Assembly (NCBI GenBank): GCA_002269645.1
Contig: NIVC01000037.1
Coordinates: forward strand, 496,001 to 560,000
Direction of reading: 5' to 3'
DNA from: Macrostomum lignano
Taxonomy: Eukaryota
DNA length: 64,000 nucleotides
Part shown: positions 1 to 23,072 of the stretch, piece after piece
Layout: every line of letters starts with the position of its first letter
How positions within the stretch are numbered: position 1 is the stretch's first letter
Translations under genes and position numbers: made by a program
The notes under the pieces: generated by a model
The model's input: the letters and a program-made list of their open reading frames with translations, nothing else
The model's database searches: none
What the model was told of the DNA's origin: nothing

Positions 1-410
1 CTCAAATATTGATAATCCCGAAATTTGATAGTCTCAAATATTGATAATCCCGAAATTTGATAATCCCGAAATTTGATAGTCTCAAATATTGATAATCCCG
101 AAATTTGATAGTCTCAAATATTAATAATCCCGAAACTTGATAATCCCGAAACTTGATAACACCAAATAATGATAATCCCGAAGTTTGATAATCCCGAAAC
201 TTGAGAATCCCGAAACTTGATAGTCCTGAAACTTGATAGTTCTGAAACTTGAGAATCCCGAAACTTGAGAATCCCGAAACTTGATAGTTCTGAAACTTGA
301 GAATCCCGAAACTTGATAGTCCTGAAACTTGATAATCCCGAAACTTGATAGTCCTGAAACTTGATAATCTCAAAACTTGATAATCTCAAAACTTGATAAT
401 CTCGAAACTG
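1..410. repeat. 16-bp minisatellite (CCCGAAACTTGATAAT and variants), truncated by the window edge
   Basis: Tandem units read directly. Confidence 0.9.
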
Positions 411-877
411 GAGTACCAGAAGGTAGCAGAGTAAGCTAAGTAATAACATGGTCAATATTTAATCGAAAACAACTTCTTTGGGAGTCTGAAAACTTAGAAA
501 AGTTGATTCTGAACTTCTGCCTTTGCATGTTGCAGATTAGCAATTATAAATAGGCAAAGACTGACCAATGGTAAAGGGTAGCAATTAAGGAAATTTTCCC
601 CGCAAGATTGAGAGGCATCCCAAAATGAAAGCGTAGTCGGAGTGTGATCTTCTTCCTCATCTTTTGTCAGCTCAAAGAAAGCTCAGACTCTTTTTCAAGA
701 GAGATTCTGCTTCTGCAACTGTGTGCAGTAATTGCAGGTCAGTCAGTAAAAATGCCTGGCCTCTGTGCTAGAGCGAACGGTAAGCACAGTTTCTGAACAA
801 AGACTCACTTTACTTTACTTTGTTGCATTCGAACTGATTTGGTTGCAAAATATAGAAACAATTGGATAGCTTTCACA

Positions 878-1790
878 AGCTATAAACTCCACAAGCTATA
901 AACTCCACAAGCTATAAACTCCACAAGCTATAAACTCCACAAGCTATAAACTTCACAGGCTATAAACTCCACAAGCTATAAACTCCACAAGCTATAAACT
1001 GCACAAGCTATAAACTCCACAAGCTATAAACTCCACAAGCTATAAACTGCACAAGCTATAAACTCCACAAGCTATAAACTCCACAAGCTATAAACTCCAC
1101 AAGCTATAAACTTCACAGGCTATAAACTCCACAAGCTATAAACTCCACAAGCTATAAACTGCACAAGCTATAAACTCCACAAGCTATAAACTCCACAAGC
1201 TATAAACTTCACAAGCTATAAACTCCACAAGCTATAAACTCCACAAGCTATAAACTGCACAAGCTATAAACTGCACAGGCTATAAACTCCACAAGCTATA
1301 AACTCCACAAGCTATAAACTGCACAAGCTATAAACTCCACAAGCTATAAACTCCACAAGCTATAAACTTCACAAGCTATAAACTCCACAAGCTATAAACT
1401 TCACAAGCTATAAACTCCACAAGCTATAAACTTCACAAGCTATAAACTCCACAAGCTATAAACTCCACAAGCTATAAACTGCACAAGCTATAATCTTCAC
1501 AAGCTATAATCTTCACAAGCTATAAACTCCACAAGCTATAAACTGCACAAGCTATAATCTTCACAAGCTATAAACTTCACAAGCTATAAACTCCACAAGC
1601 TATAAACTCCACAAGCTATAAACTTCACAAGCTATAAACTTCACAAGCTATAAACTCCACAAGCTATAAACTCCACAAGCTTGAAACTGCACAAGCTATA
1701 AACTCCACAAGCTATAAACTTCACAGGCTTGAAACTGCACAAGCTATAAACTCCACAAGCTATAAACTTCACAGGCTATTAACTTCATAA
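878..1790. repeat. 16-bp minisatellite AACTCCACAAGCTATA
   Basis: Period 16 (901, 917, 933). Confidence 0.95.
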
Positions 1791-2624
1791 ACTCGAAACT
1801 TCACAAGCCCGAAGCATCACAAGCCCGAAGCTTCACTTCACAAGCTTGGTAATTTACAATTTCGAAATATGAAGCTCTCCCCCTCCCCAAAACCCCTCCC
1901 CTCTGCAGAGAAAAAGGATTTGAGCAGCCGCTCAGAAATCGGGAAAACCGCATGGCATGAGTTCAATATGGATATGGAACCTCAGCCGAGATTTCAACGC
2001 ACGCAGTTAAGCAACACTAATATGTATCGATTACACATTGACAAAATAATTGCAGTGGAATAATTACGCCCTCTTACTATTAGCTACTGATATCCCAATA
2101 CAGTCTCAGCCTCTCAGCCTCATCGGTTCAGCTGTTCATCATCTGGCGTGGATGAGTCACGCGTGAGCCACGAGATGCAAACGATAGCGGGGGGGGGGTG
2201 GGACCGCCGTCAATAATTCATTCGTATTTGTTGTTTCCGCATGCAAGCAATATCTGGAGCAACCAATTATAAATATGTTCCACCCCAGACTATTCCAGAG
2301 TTTTTGTAGACATTGAGTAGACATTCAGTCCCTCAGGGCTATTTAGAAATTTGCTTTAGAGCTAAGTGAGCTCTTATAGTTTTAGTGATAAATTATATCC
2401 ACCCTTGCCCGTGAGTCAGCCCTGTCTTAGCGGGCGCGGATTCATTAACTTTGATTCTACAGCTTGTTGAGGATTCACTGGGGGCGGCTGAGCCAGCGGT
2501 TTTGGACCAGGAAGTGGCACACGAGATATACCGGAATATGAGTAGTGAGTCATTTATGCCAGCTTTTGCTGTGGCCTTTTCCCTGGGTTTCCTCCAGGAC
2601 TGCAACCCTGTCTTAGTCCCTGTC

Positions 2625-3190
2625 TTGGGGTGCCACATTGAGGACACAACAATGTCCTACTCCATGTCTTGAGAGTGCCACACTGAGGACACAACAATGT
2701 GTTAGTCCATGTCTTGAGAGTGCCACACTGAGGACACAACAATGTCCCACTCCATGTCTTGGGAGTGCCACACTGAGGACACAAACCCCTGTCTTACTCC
2801 ATGTCTTGAGAGTGCCACACTGAGGACACAACAGTGTGTTACTCCATGTCTTGAGAGTGCCACACTGAGGACACAACAATGTCCCACTCCATGTCTTGGA
2901 GTGCCACACTGAGGACACAAACCCCTGTCTTACTCCATGTCTTGAGAGTGCCACACTGAGGACACAAACCCCTGTCTTACTCCATGTCTTGAGAGTGCCA
3001 CACTGAGGACACAACAATGTCTTACTCCATGTCTTGAGAGTGCCACACTGAGGACACAACAATGTCTTACTCCATGTCTTGAGAGTGCCACACTGAGGAC
3101 ACAACAATGTCTTACTCCATGTCTTGAGAGTGCCAAACTGAGGACACAACCCTGTCCTAAATCCTTACACACTGAAGACAACCCTGTCCT
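2625..3190. repeat. 45-bp minisatellite GTCTTGAGAGTGCCACACTGAGGACACAAC...
   Basis: Tandem units; source of the 15-aa repeat ORFs. Confidence 0.93.
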
Positions 3191-3521
3191 AAATCTTTCA
3201 GATAAGGCAGATAAGTCCCCAAAGCAGAACATATCGATAATACGCGACACAAATGCGCCGCAATCGCTTGGAGGGAGAGGACCGCGGTGAGGCCCGCGGG
3301 CTCTGTTGCTGGAGTGCGTGACGAATTTGAAAATTTGTACCGCATTGGAAAACTTCACTTGGCTCTGAGCTCTACCAATGCGATAACATTGCTCACCGAC
3401 TGACGGTGGTATGTGCTGGTGATTCACAACATTCCCTGCCTTTCTTGGAATGTTTTGCTCTTTGGAATCTGTCATTTGCATGGTGTTCCTGTCATGGCTT
3501 CTATCGATGTTTGTCCCATCT

Positions 3522-3680
3522 GACTTTCCCAACTGACTCTCCCATCTGACTCTCCCATCTGACTCTCCCAACTGACTCTCTCATCTGACTCTCCCATCTG
3601 ACTCCCAACAGACTCTCCCATCTGACTCTCCCATCTGACTCTCCCATCTGACTCCCATCTGACTCTCCCATTTGACTTTC
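3522..3680. repeat. 13-bp repeat CTGACTCTCCCAT
   Basis: Tandem units read directly. Confidence 0.88.
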
Positions 3681-4311
3681 CCCTCCAACTCTCTCTCTCT
3701 TCACTCTTTTATCAGAATTTCCCTCTTCTAACCAAGCCCCGCTCAACCAGTTTACCTAATCCCTAGCTAATTTTCTATAAATCATAATTGCTGTTTTGTG
3801 TTAGCATCTGTTCAGGTTGGCTACTCTATTAATATAATAAGCAAGCATTCAATGTCATATCAATCCCTTTTCCGAGAAATTCTCTTCTACCATCAGCTAC
3901 ATGACAGTACAGCACATCGATTTCGCTCCACAGAAAGAAGCGGCTATGAGAAATCTGTTTGATCTGCTGACTGACGAGATTCAGGCAGCAAATGTGTTCG
4001 CTTGACTGCACAGAAGTGTGAATGTATCGGATTAGGGAGTTGCTTAGCATGCTGGATGATTGCTCTGCAAGCAGCAGCGATGCCCCATGGTTTGGTAGGA
4101 ACTCTTAACCAGAAAGCTCAGCAGATCCGCTGACAAATTGCATGGCAAACTCTTGCTATGTTCTGTGTGAGCTTTGCTGGGATGTGAACAAGCAAGCTAG
4201 GTTTTTTGTTGCAAATATTGTGGATTTTTACTGCAGTTCCTAGCAGACCAATCTGGCTACAAATATCTAAATGCTCTGGCCCAGATGCTTATGCCATAAC
4301 TCGATGCAATT

Positions 4312-5245
4312 GTGATCTACACCGTGTTGCACTCTTCTATAACCCGTTGCAAGTGTCATCTACATCGTGTTGCACTCTTCTATAACCCGTTGCAAGTGTC
4401 ATCTACACCGTGTTGCACTCTTCTATAACCCGTTGCAAGTGTGATCTACATCGTGTTGCACTCTTCTGTAACTCGATTCAAGTGTGATCTACATCGTGTT
4501 GCACTCTTCTGTAACTCGATTCAAGTGTGATCTACATCGTGTTGCACTCTTCTGTAACTCGATTCAAGTGTGATCTACATCGTGTTGCACTCTTCTGTAA
4601 CTCGATTCAAGTGTGATCTACATCGTGTTGCACTCTTCTATAACCCGTTGCAAGTGTGATCTACATCGTGTTGCACTCTTCTGTAACTCGATTCAAGTGT
4701 GATCTACATCGTGTTGCACTCTTCTATAACCCGTTGCAAGTGTCATCTACATCGTGTTGCACTCTTCTATAACCCGTTGCAAGTGTGATCTACATCGTGT
4801 TGCACTCTTCTGTAACTCGATTCAAGTGTGATCTACATCGTGTTGCACTCTTCTGTAACTCGATTCAAGTGTGATCTACATCGTGTTGCACTCTTCTGTA
4901 ACTCGATGCAAGTGTGATCTACATCGTGTTGCACTCTTCTGTAACTCGATGCAAGTGTGATCTACATCGTGTTGCACTCTTCTGTAACTCGATGCAAGTG
5001 TGATCTACATCGTGTTGCACTCTTCTGTAACTCGATGCAAGTGTGATCTACATCGTGTTGCACTCTTCTGTAACTCGATTCAAGTGTGATCTACATCGTG
5101 TTGCACTCTTCTGTAACTCGATGCAAGTGTGATCTACATCGTGTTGCACTCTTCTGTAACTCGATGCAAGTGTGATCTACATCGTGTTGCACTCTTCTAT
5201 AACCCGATGCAATTGTGATCTACATCGTGTTGCACTCTTCTGTAA
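4312..5245. repeat. 43-bp minisatellite GTGATCTACATCGTGTTGCACTCTTCTGTAACTCGATTCAAGT
   Basis: Period 43 (4441, 4484). Confidence 0.95.
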
Positions 5246-6260
5246 CTAATTATGTATTTAAAAGCTTGAATCCACTTTGTTCGCACATTCAAACACAGCA
5301 TTTAAGATATTTTAGTTGAAGTCTATTAAACGCGTTTGTGCACTAGTTTGAGAATGGTATCTATGTACTATATAGAAGGTTTCAATCAACTCAAATATTG
5401 TCTACACAACTTCTCAAATATACGCGTTTAATTAGTAAAGAGGCGAGAGTGACAATCGCCAGTCAAGCTCTTTGTTCGAAACCGGGGTTGGAAGGCGCCA
5501 CTTTTCCAATGTCAATAGGAGCACACAAATTTGATTGCTCTTGGCTGGCAGTAGCAGCTGGCAGGGTATATCGTTAACGAGAGAAGAAGCACATTATGAG
5601 AGCCCATGGGCCGGCGGTTGACTGCACCCGAAGTGGTGTCTGCGGCGCCACTGCGTCTGCCACCGTATTTATTGCTTGAGCCACCAAGAATGAATAGCCA
5701 TACAGCATATTAGCTATCAGAAATGTGTGAGATGTGTTAATATCAGCATTCAAACCATTTTCTTTCCCGACCACTCATAAGCAAGAAGCGACTCAGCAGT
5801 TTCTGTTGTTACCATGCAGGCAGGCGTGAACTGCCGGTTGCAGGGAGGCACTAGGCTTTAATGCTATTAAGAGGAATGGACCACCCACACACACACACTC
5901 AGTCTGCTTGCACAATTGGAGTGAGAAATATTGAAACAATGAGTTGTGCGGGCCAAGCGAGAACTGAAACTTGAATACACGTAAAAGTCACTATGAAAGA
6001 GAGGAAGGCGGAGAGCAGTGGGTGGCCCCGGCCTGGTCTCACACCCTCTCCAGGGGCTTTGAAACTGTAAAACTAAAAGCCAGTTAGGCTTTATTTTTGG
6101 CACCCAACAGCCCATTATTGCCAGGCGGAGGTCAAGGCGGTTCTCTTTGATCGTCACTCTCTATTCGCCTCTCTACACGGTCAGGCAACGAGGCCAAAAT
6201 TACACATAGGCTGAAACTGATTGACTTAATCCGCCCCTGAATTGAGTCTCAAGGCCAAAC

Positions 6261-6980
6261 CTTTCGCGCCTTGCAGCAGGCCTGCAGCGGCTCGAGCTCG
6301 TGCCCGGCGTGACCGACGCAGTTGCCGCACAGAGCGACGCAGCAGGTGCGGCAGTACAGAGTCAGCAGCTCCTGACGGTGTGTCTGACACAAAGCCGCTC
6401 TGTGCAGCTGCTTCTGGCTCAGCAGGTCCCGACCGAGTGCAGCGGGCAGCAGGTGGTGCTGCTGCTGCTGGCCGTGAGTCCTGCCCGAGCACCTGTCGCA
6501 AAAGTACATCTCGCACTGTTCGCAGACTATTGTAGCTGCGCCAGACTCTTCAGTTGGGGAGCACGCTGAGCATAGCAACGGCTGGCTGCTGGCCGCGGCG
6601 TGCTTAGCAACCAGCCGCTCCAGCGCCGGATTGCGCGGTGGCAGAGCGGCCTGCTGCAACGACACAGGCCGCCGGCAGGTCGGGCAGAGGAAGCCGACCC
6701 CACCGCCGCCGCCGCCGCCGCCGCTAGACGAAGATGACGGTATGGAGACGCCGGAGTCCGCCTCAGACAGCACCGAGGCCTGGTCGGAGTTGTCAGCCGC
6801 TGCCTCCGCCAGTTGTTGTTGCTGCTGGTGCTGATGCGGTGGCGGCTGCTGCTGCTGTTGAAAGATGCCGAGGCAGCAGGCGCTGCAGAGCGAGTGACCG
6901 CAGGGCAGCAGCACTGGCTGGTTGAGCCACCTGCGGCAGAGCGGGCACTTGAGCTCGCATTCCAACTGTCTGCTGGTCAT
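6261..6980 (-). CDS. TRIM9: First coding exon of a TRIM9/TRIM67/MADD-2-like tripartite-motif E3 ligase (RING, B-box1, B-box2)
   Basis: ORF begins MTSRQLECELKCPLC...PCGHSLCSAC, has a long low-complexity RING insert containing SEADSG, then CPTC, B-box1 (CSAC...CEQCEMYFCDRC...H) and B-box2 (CQTH...YCRTCCVALCGNC...HAGH). This layout and the SEADSG motif match TRIM9/67 as I recall them. It ends CKARK at a phase-0 donor AAG|GTTTGG (6260). No coiled-coil, FN3 or SPRY exon was found in the window. Confidence 0.85.
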
Positions 6981-8706
6981 GATAGCCCTGGCCGCCTGGT
7001 TGAGATTAGTCTATTGAGTTGGCTCAGGAGTTTAATTCCGTGTCTGCTTGGTTTCGCTGTGTATAGGGTCTCTATAGTTGGGCGTGGGTGAGGGGTAGAA
7101 TTAATACGAAAGCGATCGGTTGTGCTTAAGAAGAATCTTTCTCTCACAAGTATGAGCCAATAGAGAGGCTTCTGGAAGGCTTCTCATTGGTCCCTGGAAC
7201 TACTAAGCTGCGAAGCGAAGACAGACTAGGCTGCATGCATCCGCATACTACTGAGTTTTGTGAGTAGTTTAATCAAACACGATATCGAATTCTAATTTTT
7301 TGACTGACTAAAGTGATAGAAGAGAGCGGAAATTGAAATCATTAGAAATCTTTTATCTACTTGTCAAAGGGTGAATTGATCAGTCAGACCCGTGCTTGGA
7401 AGGCGTCAGTGTCACTTCCGAACTGCCAAGCGTTGGAATATTTAGTCCAATCGTTAGCTTCGATATATTGTTTTGAGCCATAAATCTTGTCTGTCTACTT
7501 GCAGCAGGAGCAGACTGACGAAGGCCATCTGGAATCCGGCAAATCCAATATAGAGTTAGAAAGAGAAATGACAAATACCTGCAATTCTGCCACAGAGGAA
7601 AATCTACCGCTTAGCTTCCTTCCCGGTGGCCTCTTCTTTCTTCTTCTTCGATTTTTAGTTGAGTTCTTATTTGGGCCAAGGAGGCCTGCAAACCAGGGTC
7701 TGGAGTGCCAACTCCTTTTCAAGGTTGGTTTGCAAAACGCGTAAACAAATGCAGACAGCCTGGGAGGACAGGAGGGACATGCCCCCCCCCCAGTAAAAGC
7801 TATTGAGGGGACATGCCAATGCTTTGTCCATCCACCCCACCTTGCGACTCGTTATGGAATTCAATAATTTTTCTTCAGGCGCCAAAATATAGCGCCTTCG
7901 GCGCAAAAATGAGTGCCTGCGGCGCTAAAAGGAGTGACTGCGGCGCTAAAATGAGCGCTGACAACACCGATTCTCAAAATAATGGCATGTAGGAATTTAG
8001 TCATCTACATGCATGTTGAACTCTTGGCTTTGCCCCCCCCCCATCATAAAATCCATGGCGACGCCACTGAATACAGAATCATTTTTTCTACTTCATAAAT
8101 AAACTTTTTCTGACGCATAAATGAAACAACTGTGAAGAATTAAAAATCGGTTTTGCCGTTTGGAAATTATCGAGAATCTTATCGAAGCTATGCGCCTTGA
8201 ATTAAAAAATGGGTGAAATGCGCACTCCAGATTCTGGTTGCTGGTCTCCTTGGGCAAGCCGCCCTTCCCCCCTGCGCATGCAGCCTCCTCCCCGATCCCT
8301 CGCAGCATGCGGGCTGGCGCGGCGCCTGTCTATACCGGTAGGGCTTCCGCAAATTCATGCCGCCAAAGCCGGGCCAAGTCCGGTCCAGCTGCTAATGCTG
8401 GCTGGCTGTAGCACTGGCGGCCCCATAGCTGAGTCCTATTCAACTCCTTGGCTGTCACGTGACCTCAGCAGGCTTGGGGGCTCCGTTTCTAGCATGCGCG
8501 CTCACAGTCTGCTTTGGCCGGCTTTCATTCTCTAAAGGATCCCATTGCACTCTGCGACACCTCAGAACCATCTACAGCTGCTCAGCCGTCTGCTTTGAGG
8601 CAGTATGGGGTGGGAGGAGCGAAGCCATACGAAATTGAGTTAGTCCGATGAAAGACCTGCACTGGACTTGTTTGCAATGCATTCACGAAGCATTGTTGCA
8701 CTAGCG

Positions 8707-9475
<769 letters not shown>

Positions 9476-11141
9476 TTCTGTTGCTGATAGATGTTGCTGG
9501 AGATAGATTTCTGTTTCTGAGTGCTAATCTCTGGCAGGGACTCGTGCAGGCCGAGTTTTGTTTGCCTGGTGATTGAGAGCAGGGAGAGCGAGTGCCGTGC
9601 CTGCAGCCCACAGCAAGCGTGCAGACAGAGCTAACACTGACAGCATCCTGGCTGATCGAGCACGTGTTTGCTTTGTCATTCGTTCGTTTTTAGATCGAAG
9701 CGAGCTTGCGAAAGGGGCAGGCCGCGCGGGTTCGTGCCTTGCAACTAATATTTCTCAGCAAAGCCGGCTCATAATCTATGCGAATTTAACCACGGAATAT
9801 GCTGATTACGTAATCCAATCGAGTGCACAACGAGATGCATGTACGCAATACAGAATGCGATTTTTCGATTCGATCCATAGCAGTAATTCGTTTGTATCCC
9901 CCTAAAGTTGGTTGCTTATTCCAACTGTATGCATGTGTGTACAGTGCAATGTCTGGTGACAGAGAAGTTCTGCAGGGCTTTTTAATTTACTGCCTTTTCA
10001 TGAGAAATGCAGTTAAGCATTATAGAAGAGAACCTGTTTAGCTAGATTTGGTTCGCCTATAGGCAAATCTATTTGATCACGGTCTGGTGCAGCCGCGCAA
10101 TTTATTAGATCTACATTTGTACAAGTGTGTGGATTTCTGTTCTGCATTCTCTGGAGGTCTTTCCGCATCTCTCAATATTGCACGATATCTTTTTAGAAAA
10201 AGCGCGCCTCTGCTATTTGTCGGACACCGGGGATTGGTTATACCATATGGGTTTTACATGTACATCCGATAAATGCCCGTGCAAAAACTTACCTTTCGCT
10301 TAATTCGCAAATTATTTGTTTAAGTTTAAGTTTCTCAAGTTTTTTTTACCTAAAGGAGTTCGCCGCTAAAATAACTTATTTTGCCACCGACGTCGGATTG
10401 TTAGTGCAAATGTTTTTTTCAAAACTATAATGAGACATTTCGATCATGGACATGTATGAGAACATAAAAACAAATGAGAACACCGTATGCGCAGCTTAAG
10501 AATCAATTAACATTAGTGAATTCGTCCTTGCATGGAACTTAAAGTCTACATGACCACGCACAACTGCCCATGAAATAATGTAAAAGCAAAAGATGCCATA
10601 TAATGAAATTCCTGGATCTATTGTACTCAGAACTGCTGCGTGAGTTGCTATAATTGAAAATAAGTCACGAAAAATAATTAATAGTTATATTTTAGCTAGA
10701 AATTGACGTACAAAATATGGCGCTCACCGCTCAGTCACAAGGGGTAACGTTACAACCCGGACCCCGGATCCGTTTTGTTAATATTTACACTTTAACAAAG
10801 CGCGCAATGAGCACTAGATTTAACTTTTGACTATCAACGCTAGAGAATTGATCTGAACTTTTAAAATTTATTAATATAATAGATAAAATTATATAGGTTT
10901 AAACACATACTTATTTGTTCTCGTTCTAATGCACGTTTGCAAGTTTCTTAGAAAGTCTTCCAATTGGTCACACTCGGCGTGTGGATATAGTGAACTCTGG
11001 CTGGCTCACTGTTAGTAATAGGCATAGCAACTATCTTCTAATAGATTCAAAGCTGCAAAAGTTCTTTTTCAATTTAAAAATTTTAATCTTATACAAACCT
11101 TACACCTTTATAGTTGCAGTAAGTCCTATATTTGAAAAAGC

Positions 11142-20006
<8,865 letters not shown>

Positions 20007-20205
20007 TTATAAGAAATGGTTTATTTTATTTCCGTTGTCAAAGTGGTCCTGGTTGCATTTTGGATTTTTAGCAAAACTTGAAGGCGTAATCAACAGAAAA
20101 TCACTTCTCCGTTTTTAGCTACTACTAGTAGTGTACTGTGGAGGGAATGTGACTTCTCTTGTGCATTTTTCTGTTTAGTGAATTCAAAGCATTAATGCAT
20201 TGTTT

Positions 20206-20211
20206 AATAAA
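20206..20211 (+). terminator. Candidate polyadenylation signal of PCID2
   Basis: AATAAA about 200 nt after the stop codon. Confidence 0.5.
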
Positions 20212-20399
20212 AACATTGTACCGATTTGTACGGTTGCTTGTAAATTGCTAATGTTTGCCAACGTTACTGTATTTTTGTCACTAAAGTGACCAATTAAATT
20301 CTAATACACATAACAACTGTCTCTGCAGTTAAATGACGCAATTGTTTTAAAAATGAAGTTTTTCGTTCAATTTTAGTTTTTTTGTGAGCTACGAGGATT

Positions 20400-20790
20400 G
20401 TCTATGACCTTTGTGTGATAGCGGGCTATTGTTTATGACTTGTGTGTGATAGCGGGCTATTGTTTATGACCTGTGTGTGATAGCGGTCTATTGTCTATGA
20501 CCTGTGTGTGATAGCGGGCTATTGTTTATGACCTGTGTGATAGCGGTCTATTGTTTATGACCTGTGTGTGATAGCGGTCTATTGTCTATGACCTGTGTGT
20601 GATAGCGGGCTATTGTCTATGACCTGTGTGTGATAGCGGGCTATTGTCTATGACCTGTGTGATAGCGGGCTATTGTTTATGACCTGTGTGATAGCGGGCT
20701 ACTGTCTATGGCCTGTGTGTGATAGCGGGCTATTGTCTATGACCTGTGTGATAGCGGGCTATTGTCTATGGCCTGTGTGATAGCGGGCTA
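20400..20790. repeat. 29-31-bp minisatellite ATGACCTGTGTGTGATAGCGGGCTATTGTCT
   Basis: Tandem units read directly. Confidence 0.92.
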
Positions 20791-21325
20791 ATAATTTTAG
20801 AAATTTTAGAAAGGTGTTCAATACACTTGTTAAAATTAAATTTGTGCCACGTGTTTACCAGGTAATGAGAAAGTTAAAGAAGTTCAATATAACTGCGCCA
20901 TTTATGGCCACCGTTTCAGACCACAGAACTTACGAGCTATCAAAGTTAAAATCAAGAATGCTAAATTTAGTTGCTCTGTTATTGTCCGGAAATCTGATAA
21001 GACCATTGCGCTGCATTCACCTCTGCACTATTCAGTTGTTGCTGGGGTGGCTCTTATGATCCAAAGTTATCACAGCCCGTGCTAAAAAAGCAGGATGGAG
21101 ATGAAACATGCCTTAAATGCTGCAGAATCGAGGCTATTTATGTAAACTAAAATTTTTCCGGATGTTTTTGGATAACTCGTAGCTGTTTTATCTTTCTGAC
21201 AGGCTGCAAACTTTGCTTATGCACCGCAACCTACGAGTGTGGTTTGGTTTCAGATTGTTTAAACGGGAAGGTATTTTATAAAGCATGGGTTTTCGACTCA
21301 AGCAGTGTCTAAGTGCACCTAATAT

Positions 21326-23072
21326 TGATCCCACAGATAGGGAGCCTGAGGGATTGATCCCACAGATAGGGAGCCTGAGGGATTGATCCCACAGATAGGG
21401 AGCCTGAGGGATTGATCCCATAGATAGGGAGCCTGAGGGATGGATCCCATAGATAGGAAGCCTGAGGGATTGATCCCACGGATAAGAAGCCTGAGGGATT
21501 GATCCCACAGATAGGGAGCCTGAGGGATTGATCCCATAGATAGGAAGCCTGAGGGATTGATCCCATAGATCGGAAGCCTGAGTGATTGATCCCACAGATA
21601 GGGAGCCTGAGGGATTGATCCCACAGATAAGAAGCCTGAGGTATTGATTCCATAGATAGGAAGCCTGAGGTATTGATTCCATAGATAGGAAGCCTGAGGG
21701 ATTGATCCCACAGATAGGGAGCCTGAGGGATGGATCCCACAGATAAGAAGCCTGAGTGATTGATCCCACAGATAGGGAGCCTGAGGGATTGATCCCACAG
21801 ATAGGGAGCCTGAGGGATTGATCCCACAGATAGGGAGCCTGAGGGATTGATCCCACAGATAGGAAGCCTGAGGGATTGATTCCATAGATAGGAAGCCTGA
21901 GGGATTGATCCCATAGATAGGGAGCCTGAGGGATTGATCCCACAGATAGGGAGCCTGAGGGATTGATCCCACAGATAGGGAGCCTGAGGGATTGATCCCA
22001 CAGATAGGGAGCCTGAGGGATTGATCCCATAGATAGGAAGCCTGAGGGATTGATCCCACAGATAGGGAGCCTGAGGGATTGATCCCATAGATAGGGAGCC
22101 TGAGGGATGGATCCCATAGATAAGAAGCCTGAGGGATTAATCCTATAGATAGGGAGCCTGAGGGATGGATCCCATAGATAGGGAGCCTGAGGGATTGATT
22201 CCATAGATAGGGAGCCTGAGGGATGGATCCCATAGATAGGGAGCCTGAGGGATTGATTCCATAGATAGGGAGCCTGAGGGATTGATCCCATAGATAGGGA
22301 GCCTGAGGGATAGATCCCATAGATAGGGAGCCTGAGGGATGGATCCCATAGATAAGAAGCCTGAGGTATTGATCCCAAAGATAGGGAGCCTGAGGGATTG
22401 ATCCCACAGATAGGGAGCCTGAGGGATTGATCCCACAGATAGGGAGCCTGAGGGATTGATTCCATAGATAGGGAGCCTGAGGGATTGATCCCATAGATAA
22501 GAAGCCTGAGGGATTAATCCCATAGATAGGGAGCCTGAGGGATTGATCCCACAGATAGGGAGCCTGAGGGATTGATCCCACAGATAGGGAGCCTGAGGGA
22601 TTGATCCCATAGATAGGGAGCCTGAGGGATAGATCCCATAGATAAGAAGCCTGAGGGATTAATCCCATAGATAGGGAGCCTGAGGGATTGATCCCACAGA
22701 TAGGGAGCCTGAGGGATTGATCCCATAGATAGGGAGCCTGAGGGATTGATTCCATAGATAGGGAGCCTGAGGGATTAATCCCATAGATAAGAAGCCTGAG
22801 GTATTGATCCCATAGATAGGGAGCCTGAGGGATTGATCCCACAGATAGGGAGCCTGAGGGATTGATCCCACAGATAGGGAGCCTGAGGGATTGATCCCAC
22901 AGATCGGAAGCCTGAGGGATTGATCCCACAGATCGGAAGCCTGAGTGATTGATCCCACAGATAGGGAGCCTGAGGGATTGATCCCACAGATAGGAAGCCT
23001 GAGGTATTGATTCCATAGATAGGAAGCCTGAGGGATTGCTCCCACAAATAAGAAGCCTGAGGGATTGATCCC
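21326..23072. repeat. 29-bp minisatellite GATAGGGAGCCTGAGGGATTGATCCCACA
   Basis: Period 29 (21365, 21394); source of the long repeat ORFs. Confidence 0.97.

Noticed and set aside
5574-5774. Minus-strand ORF containing LVAQAINTVADAV as a possible TRIM9 coiled-coil exon
   Set aside because: The resemblance is too weak and there are no phase-compatible splice sites giving TRIM9 exon 2.
7380-7760. Short ORFs and a possible 50-nt intron upstream of the TRIM start
   Set aside because: Splice-like signals occur on both strands and no recognisable product results. It may be TRIM 5' UTR or a decayed fragment.
7770-8070. MITE-like motifs (GGCGCCAAAATATAGCGCCTTCGGCGC, C-runs, terminal ...GGCGACGCCACTG)
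   Set aside because: Only one plausible terminus is visible and no TSD, so an element cannot be delimited.
21326-23072. CRISPR-like appearance of the 29-47-bp repeats (also 4312-5245 and 51341-53010)
   Set aside because: Units are directly adjacent with no unique spacers, there are no cas genes, and the context is intron-rich animal DNA.
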